In this document: positions 31,686 through 32,000 of the stretch, piece after piece
Layout of the letters: every line of letters starts with the position of its first letter
Position numbering within the stretch: the stretch's first letter is position 1
Assembly: GCA_965229705.1 (NCBI GenBank)
Contig: OZ245922.1
Span: forward strand, 810,001 to 842,000
Direction of reading: 5' to 3'
Origin: Candidatus Saccharimonadota bacterium
Lineage (GTDB): Bacteria; Patescibacteriota; Gracilibacteria; BD1-5; UBA6164
DNA length: 32,000 nucleotides
Position numbers and translations under genes: made by a program
The notes under the pieces: generated by a model
The model's input: the letters and a program-made list of their open reading frames with translations, nothing else
Databases searched by the model: none
Told to the model about the DNA's origin: nothing

Positions 31686-31713
31686 TTGCATCCTTTATCT
31701 ATTCCTATACAAT
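31686..31713 (+). promoter_or_regulatory. candidate sigma70-type promoter of the glyA leader
   Basis: TTGCAT (31686-31691), a 16-nt spacer, then TACAAT (31708-31713). This is a consensus match only. Confidence 0.4.
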
Positions 31714-31730
31714 ACACGGAGTTATACATT

Positions 31731-31778
31731 ATGGAAAAAATATGAACTACCTCTATACAACAAAGCTTGTACTCTTAG
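31731..31778 (+). promoter_or_regulatory. 15-codon leader uORF (MEKIGTTSIQQSLYS) upstream of glyA
   Basis: ATG 31731 is preceded by GGAG (31718-21) at 9-nt spacing. It is the only clear Shine-Dalgarno-like motif I found at any start in the window. Codon 5 is TGA (Gly in code 25). Stop TAG at 31776-31778 overlaps a segment complementary to the downstream terminator arm. Confidence 0.35.
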
Positions 31779-31797
31779 GATAATACCATACTCCCTT

Positions 31798-31841
31798 TCT
31801 CTATCCTGTTAGAAATACTGCTATCAGGATGGAGATTTTTT
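31798..31841 (+). terminator. intrinsic terminator / attenuator hairpin 27 nt upstream of the glyA start codon
   Basis: An 11-bp stem pairs tctctatcctg (31798-31808) with caggatggaga (31825-31835), including one G-U pair. The loop is 16 nt. It is followed by tttttt (31836-31841). Confidence 0.6.
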
Positions 31842-31867
31842 ATATATTATTTTTTTATATTTTCCCT

Positions 31868-32000
31868 ATGAACTATTATAATCAATTCCAACATCTCCAA
31901 AAAACAGACCCCGAACTCTTCTGACTCATACAACAAGAAACCGAGAGGCAAGAAAGCTCTCTCGAACTCATACCCAGCGAATGCGTTGCGAGTCTCGCAA
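31868..32000 (+). CDS. glyA: serine hydroxymethyltransferase, 3'-truncated at the window edge
   Basis: MNYYNQFQHLQKTDPELFGLIQQETERQESSLELIPSECVASLA matches the SHMT N-terminus (DPE...E..RQ...LELI.SEN..S). One Gly is encoded by TGA. Confidence 0.8.

Noticed and set aside
1-32000. Apparent massive pseudogenisation: most conserved genes (uvrA, mfd, dinG, pepA, queA and others) are broken into many short ORFs by in-frame TGA.
   Set aside because: The fragments always stay in one frame. TGA coincides with invariant glycines. All genes end in TAA or TAG. This is codon reassignment, not decay.

Overview
AT-rich bacterial window that only makes sense when TGA is read as glycine (genetic code 25, as in Gracilibacteria/Absconditabacteria of the Candidate Phyla Radiation; the lineage is an inference). 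Under the standard code nearly every gene is broken into fragments. With TGA = Gly the fragments join into about 27 tightly packed genes ending in TAA or TAG.

Contents, left to right:
- a 5'-truncated hypothetical gene, then queA
- a bacterial PH-domain membrane protein and tsaB
- mfd and a SlyD-like FKBP lipoprotein
- a 1357-aa SLH-anchored, extremely acidic S-layer-like protein
- a brnT/brnA toxin-antitoxin pair fused to the end of a type IV pilus-like operon (two orphan membrane proteins, pilB, pilC)
- an exonuclease-DinG fusion, an RsuA/RluB-type pseudouridine synthase, murB and uvrA
- a Cys-rich unknown, comFC and pepA
- a coiled-coil membrane protein plus two small ORFs
- ctpA and the start of glyA

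Non-coding highlights:
- a roughly 110-bp structured MITE-like repeat with terminal inverted repeats, present five times at operon boundaries; one copy supplies the C-terminus of a gene
- a 12-bp perfect inverted repeat and a GTGAAGA motif array upstream of the S-layer gene
- a promoter-uORF-terminator leader in front of glyA
- three clean intrinsic terminators

I saw no tRNA, rRNA or CRISPR array. All coordinates were derived by hand translation. CDS ends were checked codon by codon at the junctions I list. Repeat ends are accurate to a few nt.
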